A stretch of DNA of 64,000 nt, taken from positions 1-64,000 of the forward strand of contig JBGFRI010000007.1 in assembly GCA_041695225.1 (NCBI GenBank). The letters are read 5' to 3'. The notes under the pieces were generated by a model that was not told the DNA's origin, did no database searches, and was given only the letters and a program-made list of their open reading frames with translations. Position 1 is the stretch's first letter. Every line of letters starts with the position of its first letter. Below, one piece after another: positions 60,604 through 64,000 of this stretch. The DNA comes from Deinococcota bacterium (GTDB lineage: Bacteria > Deinococcota > Deinococci > Deinococcales > Thermaceae). The position numbers were made by a program, and so were the translations under genes.

Positions 60604-61356
60604 TTAGACGGTAAAGGTCTCGGGGGGTAAGGCGAAGCCCAGAGGTTCCAGCAAGGCCGCCAGGTGAAATTTCTGGAACTCCTCTGGTGCGACGAGCCCG
60701 CTAATCTGGCGCATGGCCTCAGGCGGCAGCGGTTTGAGCGCAATAACCCTGTGGTAGGGCTGGAGCAGAGTGAGCGGCAGGTTTCCACCTGAGTACAGAA
60801 TAAGGTCGGCCTGGCGGGCTACTACCGCGGCCTGGGCCTCGGTAACCGCCACCACGCCCCGCTGGGGGATGGGCAGGAGTTCTAGAAAACTTTCGCCTTC
60901 GGGGAAGCTCCGGGTCAGTACCGAGACCTTGGTCAGGCTGCGTAGTCCCTGAGCCAGCTCGGGGCGGATGGGCCCAAGCCAGAGTGCCCTGTCGCCAAAT
61001 GCATAGCGGCGAATCAGGCTGGCCAGAGCGATGGGCTCGAGGTAGTAGCCCCTGGTTCCCGCCGGTTCGGGCAGCACCAGGTCAACCCGCCGGGCTTGAA
61101 AGGCCTCGGTCTCGAGGTTCTGTACCGCATCCAGAGCAAGGGCTTGCAGGCCCGGGTCTTCCAGCACTGCTCCTTGCAGGTTCAAAGGCTGTAGCGCAGC
61201 GAGCGCAACCTCGAGGTTGATGCCCGGCTGACAGGGGTAGACAAACAGCGGCAAATTGTGGCGCAGCGAGACCGCCAGAAGGGGCTTATACCAACGGCTC
61301 TGGCCCTGGTGCAAAACTGCCAGCGGGCGGGTCGTGGAGTACTCACCAGAACGCAT
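60604..61356 (-). CDS. Conserved hypothetical protein, possibly degenerate shikimate-dehydrogenase fold
   Basis: LNLQGAVL, RVDLV and ADLIL echo the AroE layout without catalytic motifs; TAGATT 7 nt before ATG. Confidence 0.6.
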   Translation of the reverse strand: MRSGEYSTTRPLAVLHQGQSRWYKPLLAVSLRHNLPLFVYPCQPGINLEVALAALQPLNLQGAVLEDPGLQALALDAVQNLETEAFQARRVDLVLPEPAGTRGYYLEPIALASLIRRYAFGDRALWLGPIRPELAQGLRSLTKVSVLTRSFPEGESFLELLPIPQRGVVAVTEAQAAVVARQADLILYSGGNLPLTLLQPYHRVIALKPLPPEAMRQISGLVAPEEFQKFHLAALLEPLGFALPPETFTV

Positions 61357-61472
61357 CGCCCCTAATCTACAACGCCCGCCGACAATACACTGCAAATTGC
61401 TGGGATTTAATAGGTAACCAGCACCTGCCACCATCTGGGGTCAGGCGCCCGCTACCGGCTTAAGGTTAGCAT

Positions 61473-61536
61473 AGGCGAGTCGCTTACGCGATTCCGTAGG
61501 CGAGTCGCTTACGCGATTCCGGCAAAGCCGTAACCT
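61473..61536. repeat. TAGGTTAC-type mini-element (reverse) with a 25-bp tandem duplication
   Basis: AGGCGAGTCGCTTACGCGATTCCG twice, then GCAAAGCCGTAACCT; reverse complement of 21317-21356. Confidence 0.8.
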
Positions 61537-61566
61537 CGCAAAGCTGTAACGTGGCCACCGTTCCAG

Positions 61567-62025
61567 TCAGAACCCCTGCACAATAAAGCCCACCGTAAAA
61601 CGCTGGAAGCTTTGTGGGCCAATCACCTGGCTGAGCTCGATATAGGGGCGGTAGCCCCGTTCAGGAAACTGCACCCCGGCCGAGAAAATGGCATAAAAGC
61701 GCTCACCAAAGCGCAAACGCAGCTCATTTTGAGCGGTATAACCGGCGATGCCCACCGCCACTCCCCCGGCCAGATAAGGCCGAACCAGCAAAAACACTGG
61801 CAAGGGATACACCACCTCGCCACTCAGGTACACACCCCCTGGAGAGCCAATCACCAGCTGGGAACGGAAATCTACGGGGAAGAGATCCAGATACACTCCT
61901 ACGTGACCCATGAAGCTGCCGTTGGGGCCGCTGCGCGCCGAAAAGCCAATATCGGCTCCGCTAGCAAAAGCCATACTCGATGCCAGTACAAACACTGCTC
62001 CCCATCGCCGAAGAAGTCTTTTCAT
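61567..62025 (-). CDS. Secreted, probable small outer-membrane beta-barrel protein
   Basis: Signal peptide, alternating beta pattern, C-terminal Phe. Confidence 0.7.
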   Translation of the reverse strand: MKRLLRRWGAVFVLASSMAFASGADIGFSARSGPNGSFMGHVGVYLDLFPVDFRSQLVIGSPGGVYLSGEVVYPLPVFLLVRPYLAGGVAVGIAGYTAQNELRLRFGERFYAIFSAGVQFPERGYRPYIELSQVIGPQSFQRFTVGFIVQGF

Positions 62026-62091
62026 ACGCATACCCTACTAGACAAAGTGCAGTCTGGACCAGGGAAGTCTAAAGAGCCGCTTAGACAGCCT

Positions 62092-64000
62092 TCATCCGTC
62101 TACTCGCCTTAGCCCGGCAAATTTCACCGCCAGCCTTTTCAGGCCCTGGCCAGGAAAGACCACCGTAACCTCGCCGCCCAGAGCAGCCACTACCGTACCG
62201 TGGCCAAACCTGGGGTGCTCAACCCTTTCTCCCCCTTTGAACTCAGAGAGCTGGACTGGGGGCCCGGGTTGGGCGCGGACAGCAGAGATTACCGGCGCTG
62301 CACTGGCAAACGCCCCGACCTGCGTAAGCAGCTCTGGGGAAATGTCTTCCAGAAAGCGGCTCGGGCGAGTGTACTCACGCTTGCCGAAAACTTCTCGCTC
62401 TTCGGCGTAGGAGAGGTAAAGGCTGTCCTGGGCGCGGGTAATGCCGACATATAAGAGCCGGCGCTCTTCTTCCAGGTCTTCCAGGCGGCTCTGGCTGTTG
62501 CGGTGGGGCAGCAGGTTTTCTTCCAGGCCCACCAGGAATACCGTGCCGAACTCGAGCCCCTTGGCATTGTGCAGGGTCATCAGGGTGACGGCTTCTTGCG
62601 GCGCCTCACCCTGGGGCTCTTCTGCCCTGGCCGTCAGGGCCACCGCGTCCAGGAAATCGGAAAGGGAGCCGCCTTCTTCTTGCTCCCAGTCACGCGCCGC
62701 CCGCAGCAGTTCTTCCACGTTCTGCAGGCGGTCCTCGCCGTCCGGCTCTTGTTTGAGCGAGGGTCGGAAACCGGTTTCATCCAGCACGCGCTCAAAAAAC
62801 GCTGCTGGGCCCGACTCGAAGGCAGCCCCCATCAGCTCGTCTAGCAGCCTGACAAAGGCCTGTACTTGCTGGGGTCTGCTTATTATCTGTTCGGCTGCAC
62901 GAAAGGCATCGAGCACGGTACCTCCTGTCTTCTGGGCATGCTCGAGCAGCCTGGCTACGGTTGTTGCCCCAATGCCCCTTGGGGGGGTATTGACGATGCG
63001 GCGCAGGCTTATGGAGTCAGCGGGGTTGACGGCCACCCGCCCATAAGCCAGCAAATCCTTGATCTCCCGGCGCTCAAAAAACCCCACTGCTCCTACCAGC
63101 CGCACCGGTACACCGGCTCGCCGCAGGTGTTCTTCCAGCAAGCGTGACTGGGCGTTGGTACGGTAGAGCACAGCGATATCTCGGTAGGCCCCCAGCCTCA
63201 CGATTTCCCGCGCCACAAAAGCAGCCTCCTCGCGGGCATTGGGCGCACGGTACAGACGCACCGGCTCGCCCGCAGCTTTGGTAGGACGTAAGATTTTCTC
63301 CAGGCGCAAGGCGTTTTTCTCGATGACAGCGTTGGCCACCGCGAGGATCGCACGGCTTGAGCGGTAGTTTTCCTCAAGCCGGATCACCCGCGCGCCAGGG
63401 TAATCCTTGCTGAAATCGAGGATGTTGCTGATATCGGCGTTGCGAAAGCCATAGATACTCTGGTCGGGGTCACCGACCACCATCAGGTTGGGTTTGTCGC
63501 CAGCCAGCAGCCGGGTTAGGCCGTACTGCACAGGGTTGGTGTCCTGATACTCGTCCACATGAATAAAGCGTGCTCGCTGCCGTACCTTATTCAGCACCCC
63601 GGGCTCCTGTTCAAGCAACTGCGCAGTCAGGAGTAGCAGGTCGTTAAAGTCCACCGCACCCTGCATCCGCAGCCCACTCTGGTATTTGCGATACACCTCG
63701 GCAGCAATGTCCTTGGGCACCCCTCCGACAAACTCGGGGGCCTGGCGCATAAACTCCACCAGACCTAGGTTACTCGCATAGCGAGTATGCGCTACGCGCA
63801 CCCCCTGATGGCCCCGGTTTTTGATCCGGTCGATCATGGTCCGGAAAGGGCCGGGCTTGGCCTCGATCTTTAGCTCTTTGAGAATCTCTTTCAAGAGCGA
63901 AGTCTGGTCGTCATCATCGTAAATCACAAACCCAGGCTTCAGGCCCACCAGCTCGCCATAGCTGCGTAAAATCCGCACCGAGGCCGAGTGGAAGGTAGAC
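62092..64000 (-). CDS. uvrD: UvrD/PcrA helicase (5' end outside the window)
   Basis: VDEYQD, VGDPDQSIYGFR, LEENYRS, TLHNAKGLEF, EERRLLYVGITRA. Confidence 0.95.
   Translation of the reverse strand, partial: STFHSASVRILRSYGELVGLKPGFVIYDDDDQTSLLKEILKELKIEAKPGPFRTMIDRIKNRGHQGVRVAHTRYASNLGLVEFMRQAPEFVGGVPKDIAAEVYRKYQSGLRMQGAVDFNDLLLLTAQLLEQEPGVLNKVRQRARFIHVDEYQDTNPVQYGLTRLLAGDKPNLMVVGDPDQSIYGFRNADISNILDFSKDYPGARVIRLEENYRSSRAILAVANAVIEKNALRLEKILRPTKAAGEPVRLYRAPNAREEAAFVAREIVRLGAYRDIAVLYRTNAQSRLLEEHLRRAGVPVRLVGAVGFFERREIKDLLAYGRVAVNPADSISLRRIVNTPPRGIGATTVARLLEHAQKTGGTVLDAFRAAEQIISRPQQVQAFVRLLDELMGAAFESGPAAFFERVLDETGFRPSLKQEPDGEDRLQNVEELLRAARDWEQEEGGSLSDFLDAVALTARAEEPQGEAPQEAVTLMTLHNAKGLEFGTVFLVGLEENLLPHRNSQSRLEDLEEERRLLYVGITRAQDSLYLSYAEEREVFGKREYTRPSRFLEDISPELLTQVGAFASAAPVISAVRAQPGPPVQLSEFKGGERVEHPRFGHGTVVAALGGEVTVVFPGQGLKRLAVKFAGLRRVDG

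Overview
GC-rich bacterial chromosome segment, very likely Deinococcus-Thermus (Meiothermus-like, judged from the ba3 oxidase cbaDBA, herA-nurA and many leaderless genes). It is mostly housekeeping and metabolic: pyrG, infC, tkt, hslUV, lepB, citrate synthase, a TPP-riboswitch thiDEML-tenA operon, mnmE and uvrD. The strongest signals are non-coding. (1) An IS110 element (21674-22843) has both ends fixed by an empty copy of its target at 14815-14824. Its non-coding end folds into a two-hairpin bridge-RNA-like molecule whose loops match the target REP site and the element's own circle junction. (2) That IS sits inside a four-level nest of repeats. (3) A family of 42-bp AT-flanked mini-elements recurs; one copy breaks the IS110 recombinase and another sits on the thiE start codon. 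(4) A tandemly duplicated pair of secreted ankyrin proteins has a constant scaffold and hypervariable binding positions. Also seen: ATA starts for infC and hslU, candidate operators, and a repeat-derived in-frame insertion in UvrD. All calls were made by eye from the sequence; no searches were run.
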